From an uncultured bacterium (GTDB taxonomy: Bacteria > Patescibacteriota > Minisyncoccia > SW-4-49-11): 64,000 nt of DNA. The translations under genes were made by a program, and so were the position numbers. The stretch lies in NCBI GenBank assembly GCA_937864235.1, contig CALMJI010000012.1, positions 942 to 64,941 of the forward strand. Reading direction: 5' to 3'. Below, piece by piece: positions 50,390 to 59,995 of this stretch. A model generated the notes under the pieces. The model was not told the origin of the DNA, did not search any database, and was given only the letters and a program-made list of their open reading frames with translations. Each line of letters starts with the position of its first letter. Position 1 is the stretch's first letter.

Positions 50390-50824
50390 ATGAAACTAAT
50401 AGTAATAACATTGTCAATTTTGGGAGTATTGTTGATAACCTCCCCTGATACTACTCTTGCCTCCTTTAGTGCTCCTAATGTTACTACTTCCCCTGAAAAA
50501 GGTACAATCCCAGATAATTCTGGAGTTTATCAAGGTACTAGCCTTATCGATACAGTTGAGCTAATTATCAATTGGGTATTGGGTTTTGTAGGAATAATTA
50601 TATTTATAATATTCTTATTTGCAGGATTTGAATATGCTACTGCTGGAGATGATACAGATAAAGCAAAAAGTGCTCAAAGCCGAATAGCAAATGCTATAAT
50701 AGGCCTTATTATAATTTTCTTTGCTTTTGTCGCCTCCAATGCCGTATTGAGTTTTGTCTTTCAAGATTCTATTCCAGTAGAAGAGGAGGAAATAGAGGCC
50801 AGTATAAATAATATCTTAAATTAA
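50390..50824 (+). CDS. TrbC/VirB2-like pilin-family protein (paralogue 5)
   Basis: IINWVLGFVGIIIFIIFLFAGFEYATAGDDTDK...NAIIGLIIIFFAFVASNAVLSFVF; near-identical C-terminal helix to paralogue 4. Confidence 0.5.
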   Translation: MKLIVITLSILGVLLITSPDTTLASFSAPNVTTSPEKGTIPDNSGVYQGTSLIDTVELIINWVLGFVGIIIFIIFLFAGFEYATAGDDTDKAKSAQSRIANAIIGLIIIFFAFVASNAVLSFVFQDSIPVEEEEIEASINNILN

Positions 50825-50831
50825 AATTAAT

Positions 50832-51704
50832 ATGAAAAAACATATTTTAGTAATGATAATGAGTTTAGTATCTTTAATAAGTTTTAATATAACTCAAGCC
50901 CAGACAGCTACGAATGAAAATGATGCCTGTAATAATAAAAAGAATGGAGATGCTTGTAGTTATAGTAACACAGTCAGCACAGGTAGCAATGCTCCAACAA
51001 CTCAGACAACTAACGGATATTGCGACAGAAGTGGGAGTCTCGGTTCAGGTAATTTATATTGTAATAAAGAGGTTAATGGTTGGAAGGATTGTTTCCTATT
51101 AGGAGATGCTTGTGAACAGGATGGTAAATTAGGTGTTTGTTCTGGTAATACAAACGGATCTAAAGGCACTTGTGATACAACCAAAACTCCTCCAGGTAAT
51201 CCAGGAGGCTCAACTCCAGCGACTTGTGGGGGAGCCCCTTGTGCTCTGCCTAAAGTTTGTGCAAAAATAGGGAGTAGAGATCAATGTGTTGATAGTGCTA
51301 TGACAAGTGATAATAAATGTGCTGGAGCCCCTTGTGCTCCACCTAAAGTCTGTGCAAAAATAGGGAATAGAGATCAATGTGTAGCTGATGGCTCTACCCC
51401 TGGAACTCCAGCTAATACTACTCCCACCGATGCTACTGCTCCGCAGACAGTAGGATTTATCAACCCAATTCGATTCAATAGCCTAACTGAGTTAATAGCA
51501 GGTATAATCAATGCCCTCTTAGGTATATTAGGAGCTATTACGGTAGCTGTATTAGTAAAGTCAGGATTTCAATATATGATAAGCTCCAATCCGGGAGAAG
51601 TAGGTCAAGCTCTAGATGGTATCAAGAATGCTATAATAGGACTTGCTATAATTATGGGTGCTTTCCTGATAACTCAATATGTGATTAGTGCTTTGGCAGC
51701 CTAG
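50832..51704 (+). CDS. Cys-rich secreted protein with C-terminal TrbC/VirB2-like module and an internal 21-aa tandem duplication
   Basis: Signal peptide; GAPCALPKVCAKIGSRDQCVD duplicated (about 63-nt near-identical direct repeat 51230-51292 / 51314-51376); C-terminal GILGAITVAVLVKSGFQYMISSNPGE...NAIIGLAIIMGAFLI. Confidence 0.45.
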   Translation: MKKHILVMIMSLVSLISFNITQAQTATNENDACNNKKNGDACSYSNTVSTGSNAPTTQTTNGYCDRSGSLGSGNLYCNKEVNGWKDCFLLGDACEQDGKLGVCSGNTNGSKGTCDTTKTPPGNPGGSTPATCGGAPCALPKVCAKIGSRDQCVDSAMTSDNKCAGAPCAPPKVCAKIGNRDQCVADGSTPGTPANTTPTDATAPQTVGFINPIRFNSLTELIAGIINALLGILGAITVAVLVKSGFQYMISSNPGEVGQALDGIKNAIIGLAIIMGAFLITQYVISALAA

Positions 51705-51716
51705 AAAATAAAATTT

Positions 51717-51749
51717 AGAGACGACTTTACAATATTGTAAGTCGTCTCT
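51717..51749. terminator. bidirectional rho-independent terminator between convergent genes
   Basis: Perfect inverted repeat AGAGACGACTT-N11-AAGTCGTCTCT flanked by A/T runs. Confidence 0.6.
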
Positions 51750-51758
51750 AATATTCAA

Positions 51759-52535
51759 TTATTGCACAGGCTCCAAAAATGGATGTAAGCCTTGACCACC
51801 AGGTTCTTTTCTAATTACTAAATATGTATCCTCTTGAGGGTCAGTCTGATAAGGATTTATAAATTGAACCTGTATTTCATCTTTTGTAACATTCAATTCA
51901 TAAACTTTTCTTCCAGTTGCTTTATAGTCTAATCCGTCTATTTTCAACCATTGATTAACATATCCTGTATCATATCCCAACCAAGAAAAGTAAAGTCTAT
52001 ATTTCCCAGGCTTTACTTTATATCTCCCACTTCTAATCAGATATATGGGACTATTAGTCGTTGGGAATATTGGTCTTTTATCAATTTCTTCCTCCAATGG
52101 AATAGGAGCAGGTGCCACCTGTCCCTGTTCGGTGGGGGGAGTGGACTGTGTTTTGAAAGAGTCTATGTGATACTGGTTAAACCAAATTATGCAACCAATC
52201 GCTACTATTAACACTAAAGACAACCATCTATTCTTGCCATTCCAAAAGCTACATATAGCAAAGAAAGCAAGTATAGCTATGATCACCCAATCGAATATGG
52301 TTATATAATTCCTCCCAATTATGAATAGACCTCGGATTATTAGGTAGGCTATCCCTATTGGCATTATCCATGCTGGTATGTTTACACTATTCTTTCCAGA
52401 CGAGCCACCTCCGCCAGACGGAGATCCACCCGCTGCCGGAGCAGGGGAGGGGGCGGTACCTCCTGTACTAGTCCCTGTGCTCCCAGAAGAAGGGCGGGAG
52501 CTGTTGTTGAGGTTGTAACGACGAGGAGGAGCCAT
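51759..52535 (-). CDS. membrane protein with Gly/Ser/Pro-rich N-terminus (GC-rich coding) and a C-terminal extracytoplasmic domain
   Basis: Three hydrophobic helices after a low-complexity SGSTGTSTGGTAPSPAPAAGGSPSGGGGSSG region. Confidence 0.4.
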   Translation of the reverse strand: MAPPRRYNLNNSSRPSSGSTGTSTGGTAPSPAPAAGGSPSGGGGSSGKNSVNIPAWIMPIGIAYLIIRGLFIIGRNYITIFDWVIIAILAFFAICSFWNGKNRWLSLVLIVAIGCIIWFNQYHIDSFKTQSTPPTEQGQVAPAPIPLEEEIDKRPIFPTTNSPIYLIRSGRYKVKPGKYRLYFSWLGYDTGYVNQWLKIDGLDYKATGRKVYELNVTKDEIQVQFINPYQTDPQEDTYLVIRKEPGGQGLHPFLEPVQ

Positions 52536-52606
52536 GATTTGAACTCAAAGAACATATTCCTTATATCACATTTTGATTAAAATGTCAATTGTTAATAACA
52601 TCAAAT

Positions 52607-52632
52607 AAAAAGCCGAGTATTTACTCGGCTTT
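52607..52632 (-). terminator. rho-independent terminator downstream of the SPFH-like gene
   Basis: AAAAGCCGAGTA-TTT-TACTCGGCTTT hairpin. Confidence 0.55.
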
Positions 52633-52649
52633 ATAATTCAATAGTATTT

Positions 52650-53645
52650 TTACTCTTTTGATGACTCCAATGCACTTGCTATTTGTGTCAAAATATCATC
52701 TTTGGTAGCACCATCTCTGAAGATAACTTTTGCCTTATCTCCCAATGCTTCTCTCAATGTAGGATATTTTACATATTTATCCCAGAGTTGTTGTGCATTT
52801 ATAACTCCACCGCTTGTCGTAGCGGCATTTTGTATAGCCATGACAAATCCCTCCATCTCAGCTTTAAGATTTTTATTTTGCTGTTCAATTACCTTGGAAC
52901 GAGCTTGTTCCTCTCTCAGCTTTGCTTCTTGCTCAGCCTTGGCTACAGCTGACTTATTTCTTGCTTCGTTTACACTATCTGGTAGAGACAAATCGTCTAT
53001 ATTGATCAATACTAGTTCTACCCCAATATTGTCTAATTTAGCTAATATTGTAGCTCCCATTGTTTCTAGCTCGGGAGTAGTATTATTATCTTTATCAATC
53101 TGAGCTCCGGATTGTTTTAGCCCAAGAGACCTTAAGAGTTGATCTGGGCTAATCTTAGAGATTTGAATATCTTCCGGATTGCTGCCATTACTAATCTGAC
53201 TTGAGTATTCAGCAAAAGTATATTTTTGCAAAACTAGTCTAATGTAGGGATTCAAAATCCTCTCAGTAGCTTGTAGTATATCTTGATCCTCAGCATTATA
53301 GTGAGCCTTATATACGTTTTTAGCTTTTTCCCTGAGAGTTATCCCCTTAATTTGAGCTAGTATACTAGCTTTTGCTGTTAATGTCATATCTGGTAGCTCC
53401 AGTTCCGCATAATCTCCGGGGGTAGGAGTATCATGTCGAAACAGGTATACGGGAAATTGGTTTGTTCCATATGCACCAACCAATTGCCCTCCGGGTATTA
53501 TGAAGTTAAGCCCAGGAGTAATGACCTTGGATCGATTCCCACTACCATCTTCTTTTGGTCTGCTTCCAAACCAAGAGACGATGTGAATCTCGTTGTCTGG
53601 GACAGTCCAGATTGGGGGAAGAAAGAACGGTTCAAAACTTGCCAT
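52650..53645 (-). CDS. SPFH/band-7 (stomatin/flotillin-like) domain protein
   Basis: IVSWFGS...KVITPGLNFIIP and GVELVLINIDDLSLPDSVNEA followed by a coiled-coil AKAEQEAKLREEQARSK, typical of the SPFH core. Confidence 0.5.
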   Translation of the reverse strand: MASFEPFFLPPIWTVPDNEIHIVSWFGSRPKEDGSGNRSKVITPGLNFIIPGGQLVGAYGTNQFPVYLFRHDTPTPGDYAELELPDMTLTAKASILAQIKGITLREKAKNVYKAHYNAEDQDILQATERILNPYIRLVLQKYTFAEYSSQISNGSNPEDIQISKISPDQLLRSLGLKQSGAQIDKDNNTTPELETMGATILAKLDNIGVELVLINIDDLSLPDSVNEARNKSAVAKAEQEAKLREEQARSKVIEQQNKNLKAEMEGFVMAIQNAATTSGGVINAQQLWDKYVKYPTLREALGDKAKVIFRDGATKDDILTQIASALESSKE

Positions 53646-53756
53646 CTTTTAAAATAGCAATGGGACATCCGTATAATTAACACAAAATTACAAAAATGTC
53701 AATTTTAAGTAAAAATCCCCTAGTTTTATCAAGGAGGGGATAAAAATCTAGATATT

Positions 53757-53957
53757 TTAGCTAGGGTGTTTGTTTTTTTGAAACCAGTCTATTAGTCTGT
53801 TGAACAAGAAGTATATTTGGGAGGCTAGCATCCATAGTATAATGATTATATATGCTAGTATTATGATCAGTATTATTGGTATTGCACGAATTATTTCAGA
53901 GTTTAGTATTTGTATAAAAAATCTTCTTATTATAAATAGATTTTTTCTTAGTTTCAT
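53757..53957 (-). CDS. small hydrophobic hypothetical protein
   Basis: 66 aa, one or two TM helices. Confidence 0.25.
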   Translation of the reverse strand: MKLRKNLFIIRRFFIQILNSEIIRAIPIILIIILAYIIIILWMLASQIYFLFNRLIDWFQKNKHPS

Positions 53958-54029
53958 AGAATCAAGTCCTCAACTCTAGTTTCTTAATAGTATTCTAAAT
54001 GTTAGACTATGTCAAATTATTAATTTCGT

Positions 54030-54390
54030 AGGTGAGCCCTTTCATTCACCTGTCCACACCCAAACTGCGGGCACCATCGCCAGCGAGGTCGTATCTACTG
54101 GTAGGTAAAGTTTATTCTGTCCTCCTTTGGAGGAGGTGGCCTTTAGGCCGGAGGTGGATTGCCATTACACTTTTGTTATGGAATTAAATTAAATATTATT
54201 TTATCCACCCTCTCCCTACGGGTACTCCCTCCAAAGGGAGACAAAAATACAAGTTACAAAATTCAATCCATCCACCTCCTCCCTGCCTACCGTAGTTAGG
54301 TAAGTGAGGACAAAAAACTTTACAGGCGACTGAAAGGTCGCCCCTACGAAAATCAAATGGAGGGATCAACCCCCTCCCACCTAATATTGA
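54030..54390. repeat. GC-rich mosaic intergenic repeat, copy 6 (modules mostly in reverse orientation), upstream of the str operon
   Basis: TGTCCTCCTTTGGAGGAGGTGGCCTTTAGGCCGGAGGTGGATT; ATCCACCCTCTCCCTACGGGTACTCCCTCCAAAGGGAGACAAAA; ATCCACCTCCTCCCTGCCTACCG; ACAGGCGACTGAAAGGTCGCCCCTACG. Confidence 0.8.
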
Positions 54391-54499
54391 CAAATTACAA
54401 TATATATAATACAATAAAACAAGTTCCCAAAAGAGGTGTGCTTTTGAGTACTCCAAGGTGTAAGGAATACTCGCCCCGCTAATTATAATTATTTATTTT

Positions 54500-54913
54500 A
54501 TGCCTACTATACAACAATTAGTAAGAAGAGGTCGCAAGACTGCTATCAAAAAAACCAAGTCCCCAGCTTTAGGTAAAACCTTTAATGTACTCAAAAATAA
54601 GCCTTTGGAGAGTAATTCTCCTTTCAAAAGAGGTGTTTGTGTGAAGGTGACCACTACTACTCCTAAGAAACCAAACTCTGCTCTTCGTAAAATCGCTAGA
54701 GTAAGATTGTCAAATGGACAAGAAGTAACTGCTTATATTCCAGGAATGGGACATAATTTGCAAGAGCACTCTGTAGTAATGCTAAGAGGTGGAAGAGTAA
54801 AAGATTTACCGGGAGTTAGATACCATATTGTTAGAGGAGTTCTAGATACTGCTGGTGTAGATGGAAGATCTCAAGAGCGAAGTAAATATGGGGTTAAGAA
54901 GCCTAAACAATAG
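54500..54913 (+). CDS. rpsL: 30S ribosomal protein S12
   Basis: [11 protein letters not shown] start and conserved [10 protein letters not shown] motif. Confidence 0.95.
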   Translation: MPTIQQLVRRGRKTAIKKTKSPALGKTFNVLKNKPLESNSPFKRGVCVKVTTTTPKKPNSALRKIARVRLSNGQEVTAYIPGMGHNLQEHSVVMLRGGRVKDLPGVRYHIVRGVLDTAGVDGRSQERSKYGVKKPKQ

Positions 54914-54939
54914 ATTTTTATTAAGATATTTTAAATATT

Positions 54940-55407
54940 ATGCCTAGAAGAAAGCGCAATTACACCAGAGAAATCGAACTTGATCCAAGATATAAGAATC
55001 TTTTGGTTTCTCAATTTATCAACTACATTATGTTGGATGGTAAAAAATCAGTAGCTCGTAATGTATTTTATGGAGCTATGGATATTATTGAAAAAGAATA
55101 TTCTCAAGATCCTCTCAATGTATTCAATACTGCTATCAAGAATGTTTCTCCAGCAGTAGAGGTAAGATCTAGAAGAGTAGGAGGAGCTAACTATCAAGTC
55201 CCAGTAGAAGTAAGACCAGCTCGTAAAACTTCTCTTGCTTTTAGATGGCTTTTGGATGCTGTTCGTAAGAAAAAAGGTAAGTCCACTGATAAAAAATTAG
55301 CTGAAGAGCTAATGGATGCTTTTAATCAAACTGGTACTGTGATTAAGAAAAAAGACGATACCCAGAGAATGGCTGAGGCTAACCGTGCTTTTGCTCACTT
55401 GAGATAA
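54940..55407 (+). CDS. rpsG: 30S ribosomal protein S7
   Basis: Conserved S7 sequence following rpsL. Confidence 0.95.
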   Translation: MPRRKRNYTREIELDPRYKNLLVSQFINYIMLDGKKSVARNVFYGAMDIIEKEYSQDPLNVFNTAIKNVSPAVEVRSRRVGGANYQVPVEVRPARKTSLAFRWLLDAVRKKKGKSTDKKLAEELMDAFNQTGTVIKKKDDTQRMAEANRAFAHLR

Positions 55408-55487
55408 AACTACGTCCCCCTCTTAATCTTTGTAGCAAAACAAAACAATTAACAATTCTATACATTAGTAATTAAGAATCAAATACT

Positions 55488-57608
55488 ATGTCCAAAAACA
55501 ATCAAGATATTCCTCTAAAGGATGTTCGCAATATTGGTATTATTGCCCATATTGATGCTGGTAAAACTACTACTACCGAGCGAATTTTGTATTTCACCGG
55601 TCTGAAGCACAAAATTGGAGAAGTTCACGATGGAGCTGCTGAGATGGACTGGATGGCTCAAGAGCGAGAAAGAGGAATTACCATTACCTCTGCTGCTACC
55701 ACTTGTTTTTGGAAAGATCATAGAATTAATATTATTGACACTCCAGGCCATGTAGACTTTACTATGGAGGTAGAGAGATCTCTTAGAGTTTTGGATGGTG
55801 CTGTGACTGTATTTGATGGAAAATCTGGTGTAGAACCACAATCTGAGACTGTGTGGCGACAGGCAGATAGATATAATGTGCCTAGAATTTGTTTTGTAAA
55901 TAAAATCAATCAAACTGGAGGAGATTTTTATAAATCTTTTGAGTCTATTCAAGAGAGATTATCCAAAGACGCAGTAGTAATTGCTCTTCCAATTGGATTT
56001 GAACAAGGCGTAAGAGGATTAGTAGACTTGGTAGAGAATAAAGCTTATGTCTATGCTGATGAGGCTGGTATGACTGAAATTGTAGAGGCTGAAGTTCCTG
56101 CAGATATGCTAGAGCAGGTAGAAGAGTATCGACAAATTTTGATGGAAAAAGTCTCCGAAGTAGATGATAGATTGATTGAATTATTCCTAAATGATGGAGA
56201 ATTATCCACTGAAGAGTTAAAATATGCTATCCGTAAGGGGACTCTAGAATCAAAGATTTTCCCAGTTATGGGAGGAGACTCTAGAACAGCTATCGTAAGA
56301 AAATTACTTGATGCAGTGATTGAATATTTACCATCTCCTCTAGATATTGATGCAGCTAAGGGAACAGATGTACATAATGAAGAGAAAGAGTTGACTAGAA
56401 AAGCAGACAAAGATGAACCTTTTGCTGGACTTGCTTTCAAAATCGCCACTGATCCTTATATTGGGCAATTAGTATTCTTTAGAGTTTATTCTGGAGTATT
56501 GAAGAGTGGAAGTTATGTCTATAACTCAACTAAAGGTGAGAAAGAAAGAATTTCTCGTTTGGTGCTGATGCATGCTAACTCTAGAACAGAGGTAGAAGAA
56601 TTATCTGCTGGAGAAATTGGAGCTATTGTGGGACTTAAGAATACCACCACCGGAGATACTCTTTGTGATGAGAAAAATCCAATTATACTTGAGAAAATTG
56701 TAATCCCAGAGCCAGTTATTCAGATAAAATTAGAGCCAAAGACTAAAGCTGATCAAGAGAAGATGAGCTTAGCCCTACACAAATTATCTGATGAGGACCC
56801 AACTCTAAAAGTTAGCACCGATGAAGTAACAGGAGATACTTTGATTGCCGGTATGGGAGAGCTACATCTAGATATTATTGTAGATAGAATGAAGAGAGAA
56901 TTCGGAGTAGAAGTCAATGTAGGACAACCACAAGTAGCCTATAAAGAAACCATCAAAGGTACTGCTGAAGCTCAAGGTAAATATATCAAACAGTCTGGAG
57001 GAAAAGGACAATATGGAGATGTTTATCTACGAGTTGAGGCATTTGATCCTGAGACAGTTGAAATTGATCCAAAGAAACCACAACATTATATCTTTGGAAA
57101 TGAATTAAAAGGAGGATCTATTCCATCCGAATATGTACCTGCTATTGAGAAGGGAGTTAAAGAGTCTATTGACCGTGGTGTTATTGCTGGATATCCTTTG
57201 ATCAATGTCAAAGCCACAGTCTATGATGGATCTTATCATGATGTTGACTCCTCTGAATCTGCTTTCAAAATTGCTGGATCTATGGCTCTCTCAGCCGCTG
57301 TTAAAAAAGCCAACCCTATTATTCTAGAGCCAATTATGGCAGTAGAAGTGACTATCCCAGAACAATATATGGGAGATGTAGTAGGAGATTTGAACTCACG
57401 AAGAGGTTTAATCGAGGAGATGAATGACAGAACAGGAGGATTAAAAGTAGTATCAGCTAAAGTACCTCTATCCTCAATGTTTGGATATGTGACAACTCTT
57501 AGATCTATGACACAAGGACGAGGAAATGCAGTGATGGAATTCAATGACTATCAGCCAGTACCTAGTAATGTACAACAAGAAATTATTGATAAAAGAACTG
57601 CTAAATAA
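55488..57608 (+). CDS. fusA: elongation factor G
   Basis: G-domain motifs [21 protein letters not shown]; EF-G domain IV-V regions. Confidence 0.95.
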   Translation: MSKNNQDIPLKDVRNIGIIAHIDAGKTTTTERILYFTGLKHKIGEVHDGAAEMDWMAQERERGITITSAATTCFWKDHRINIIDTPGHVDFTMEVERSLRVLDGAVTVFDGKSGVEPQSETVWRQADRYNVPRICFVNKINQTGGDFYKSFESIQERLSKDAVVIALPIGFEQGVRGLVDLVENKAYVYADEAGMTEIVEAEVPADMLEQVEEYRQILMEKVSEVDDRLIELFLNDGELSTEELKYAIRKGTLESKIFPVMGGDSRTAIVRKLLDAVIEYLPSPLDIDAAKGTDVHNEEKELTRKADKDEPFAGLAFKIATDPYIGQLVFFRVYSGVLKSGSYVYNSTKGEKERISRLVLMHANSRTEVEELSAGEIGAIVGLKNTTTGDTLCDEKNPIILEKIVIPEPVIQIKLEPKTKADQEKMSLALHKLSDEDPTLKVSTDEVTGDTLIAGMGELHLDIIVDRMKREFGVEVNVGQPQVAYKETIKGTAEAQGKYIKQSGGKGQYGDVYLRVEAFDPETVEIDPKKPQHYIFGNELKGGSIPSEYVPAIEKGVKESIDRGVIAGYPLINVKATVYDGSYHDVDSSESAFKIAGSMALSAAVKKANPIILEPIMAVEVTIPEQYMGDVVGDLNSRRGLIEEMNDRTGGLKVVSAKVPLSSMFGYVTTLRSMTQGRGNAVMEFNDYQPVPSNVQQEIIDKRTAK

Positions 57609-57639
57609 GCGAATCAACTTCAATAATTTTACCAAAAAT

Positions 57640-57666
57640 CCTGAGTATCAAACCTCAGGTTTTTGG
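57640..57666 (+). terminator. terminator-like hairpin after fusA
   Basis: CCTGAG-N8-CTCAGG followed by TTTTTGGTTT. Confidence 0.45.
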
Positions 57667-57677
57667 TTTATAAAATA

Positions 57678-57959
57678 TTGACATCTATTGACAAAAGTTT
57701 ATATTTGTGATATTGTTGTAAAGCTAAAATGCAATAAAAACATTGTGACAACAATTTCAGAAGCCTTTGTAATTGGGAGTAAATCTCCCAAAATAAGGTA
57801 GCATAATCGCTCCTTCAAGAGAAAACGTCCAGTTTATGCTCATGAACTTGCAAAAATAGATCCTATGAAGGATCTCGAAGCAGAGTGGGCTAAAAGAATG
57901 CCCAAATGACCAATTCCAATCACCAGAGGTAACTCCATGAGTTATCTCTTTTTTATTTG
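57678..57959 (+). ncRNA. candidate small RNA locus (consensus promoter + intrinsic terminator, no credible ORF)
   Basis: Two overlapping TTGACA -35 boxes (57678, 57688) with TATTGT -10 at 57711; strong terminator AGAGGTAACTC-CAT-GAGTTATCTCT + TTTTTTATTT at 57925-57959; only 7- and 14-codon ORFs inside. Confidence 0.3.
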
Positions 57960-58025
57960 ATAATAAATTTTCTCATTATACCTTATATTATCTATATATA
58001 ATAATATGCTATAATATACCTAACA

Positions 58026-58114
58026 GGAGAGATCGCATAGTCCGGTTTATTGCGCTGCATTCGAAACGCAGTATAGGGTCAAACCTATCAAGGGTTCGAA
58101 TCCCTTTCTCTCCG
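58026..58114 (+). tRNA. tRNA-Ser (anticodon CGA), class II with long variable arm
   Basis: GGAGAGA acceptor, D-arm GCA/TGC, anticodon loop TTCGAAA, long variable arm TATAGGGTCAAACCTATC, T-arm AAGGG-TTCGAAT-CCCTT, acceptor TCTCTCC; TATAAT box 10 nt upstream. Confidence 0.8.
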
Positions 58115-58149
58115 CAATTAATTCAATATATGTTATAATAAAAATATAA

Positions 58150-59130
58150 GTGAATTCGAAGATAAATTGTATGAATGCACAAACTAAAACAATTACAGAA
58201 ATTGCAGAAAAGTTTTCAATAAACTCTATTTATGCACACAGACTTTTTCATAGTTCTAATCAAGAAGATATTTTTAAAGATATTACAAGACTATTAGAAG
58301 AAAAACCAAAACCATTTGTTAAGTGGGTAGGAGGAAAAAGGCAGTTATTAAAGCAATTTCGTGAACTTGGATTATATCCTCCAGAAGAGTTCGATCCTAT
58401 TCATAATACTTATTTTGAACCATTTGTAGGTGGTGGTGCAGTTTTCTTTGATTTACTTCCCCAAAAAGCTAAGTTATCTGATTTGAATCAAGAATTGGTA
58501 ATCACTTATAATGTGATTAAAAGTAATGTGGAGGAGTTAATTCAATCTTTACAAAAACACATACACTCCAAAGAATATTATTTAGAAATTAGGGCTAAAA
58601 AGATTAAAGACTTAACAGATGTTGACATTGCCTCAAGATTTATTTACCTGAATCGTACGGGGTTCAATGGTATGTATAGGGTGAATAAAAGTGGTGGATT
58701 CAATGTTCCATTTGGGAAATATAATAATCCACTAATATGTGATGAGGTGAATTTAAAAAGAGTGTCTCAAGCATTACAAAATGTTTCTATTAAATACCAA
58801 GATTATAAAGCAATATTAGCGGAGGCTCAAAAGGGTGATTTTGTTTATTTTGATCCTCCCTATTTCCCAGTTAGTAAAACTGCTTCTTTTACTTCATATA
58901 CGGCAGACGCTTTTCTAGAGAAAGAACAAATAGAACTAAGAGATACATTTATAAAACTTCATAAGCGAGGTTGTTTTGTGATGTTATCTAATTCAGACAC
59001 TCCATTTATCAATGAAATATATTCTGGCATTGAAGGTGTTAAAAATAATACAATTATTGCTGGTCGTTCGATAAACTCTAAAGGCTCAGGGAGAGGTAAA
59101 ATTACTGAGGTATTGATAACAAATTATTAA
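58150..59130 (+). CDS. Dam-family N6-adenine DNA methyltransferase (GATC-type, M.DpnII/M.MboIA-like)
   Basis: N-terminal FVKWVGGKRQLL (Dam KWAGGK motif), FVGGGAVFFDL (motif I), FDPPYFP (motif IV). Confidence 0.8.
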   Translation: MNSKINCMNAQTKTITEIAEKFSINSIYAHRLFHSSNQEDIFKDITRLLEEKPKPFVKWVGGKRQLLKQFRELGLYPPEEFDPIHNTYFEPFVGGGAVFFDLLPQKAKLSDLNQELVITYNVIKSNVEELIQSLQKHIHSKEYYLEIRAKKIKDLTDVDIASRFIYLNRTGFNGMYRVNKSGGFNVPFGKYNNPLICDEVNLKRVSQALQNVSIKYQDYKAILAEAQKGDFVYFDPPYFPVSKTASFTSYTADAFLEKEQIELRDTFIKLHKRGCFVMLSNSDTPFINEIYSGIEGVKNNTIIAGRSINSKGSGRGKITEVLITNY

Positions 59131-59133
59131 ATT

Positions 59134-59991
59134 ATGAAAAAAGATTTTAACCATTTAATTTCAACATTGAAAAGCTCCATCAAAACTTGGGATTATTTTG
59201 TAAACTGGAATAAAGTATTTTCAAATAGCTCTGATTTAGAAATAATTTTAAATAAACTCAACTATCTACTTGGAAAAGAAAATCTTAAAGAAGAATTTAA
59301 TAAACTTTATAACTCTAATCCTGATATTGTGAAAGCATTACCTTTGCTATTAGCAGTACGTGAGAATAAACTTGAAGTTTTTGATAAAGAAACTAAGAAC
59401 TCAGAATTTTTTGACTTTTCAGATAAAGAAAAAAATGCTGAGAAATATTTTGAGTTCTTAGATAAGTCTGGGCTTTCTCATCTTTTTCAAAGAGATGGAA
59501 TAAAAAATCTTGTTGATTATGTAATGGGAGTTGAGGTGGGTCTTGATAGCAATGGTCGGAAAAATCGAGGGGGTATACTTATGGAAGAAATAGTAGGTTC
59601 ATTTCTTACTGATTTCTGTAATAGAAATAGTTTAGAATATTTATCACAAGCTCGTGCAAGTGTTATAAAATCTAAATGGGGATTTGATGTAAAAGTAGAT
59701 AAATCCGAAAGAAGCTTTGATTTTGCAATTTATAATCCAAAGAATCACAAATTAAAGTTATTTGAAGCTAATTTTTACAATGGAGGAGGATCAAAACTAA
59801 AAGCTGTTTGTGGTGAGTTTAAAAGTCTCTATAATGAACTTAAGTCTCAAGGCATAGATTTTATATGGGTTACTGATGGGCTTGGTTGGCATACAACAAA
59901 ACGACCCCTCGAAGAGACATATAATCATAATGAATATGTTTTTAACCTTAATATGCTCGAAGCTAATATCCTAGAAGATCTTATATGGTAA
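59134..59991 (+). CDS. type II restriction endonuclease, DpnII/MboI-like (inferred)
   Basis: 285 aa, sandwiched 3-4 nt between two MTase genes in the M-R-M order known for MboI/DpnII-type GATC systems; size matches DpnII. Confidence 0.5.
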   Translation: MKKDFNHLISTLKSSIKTWDYFVNWNKVFSNSSDLEIILNKLNYLLGKENLKEEFNKLYNSNPDIVKALPLLLAVRENKLEVFDKETKNSEFFDFSDKEKNAEKYFEFLDKSGLSHLFQRDGIKNLVDYVMGVEVGLDSNGRKNRGGILMEEIVGSFLTDFCNRNSLEYLSQARASVIKSKWGFDVKVDKSERSFDFAIYNPKNHKLKLFEANFYNGGGSKLKAVCGEFKSLYNELKSQGIDFIWVTDGLGWHTTKRPLEETYNHNEYVFNLNMLEANILEDLIW

Positions 59992-59995
59992 TTAT

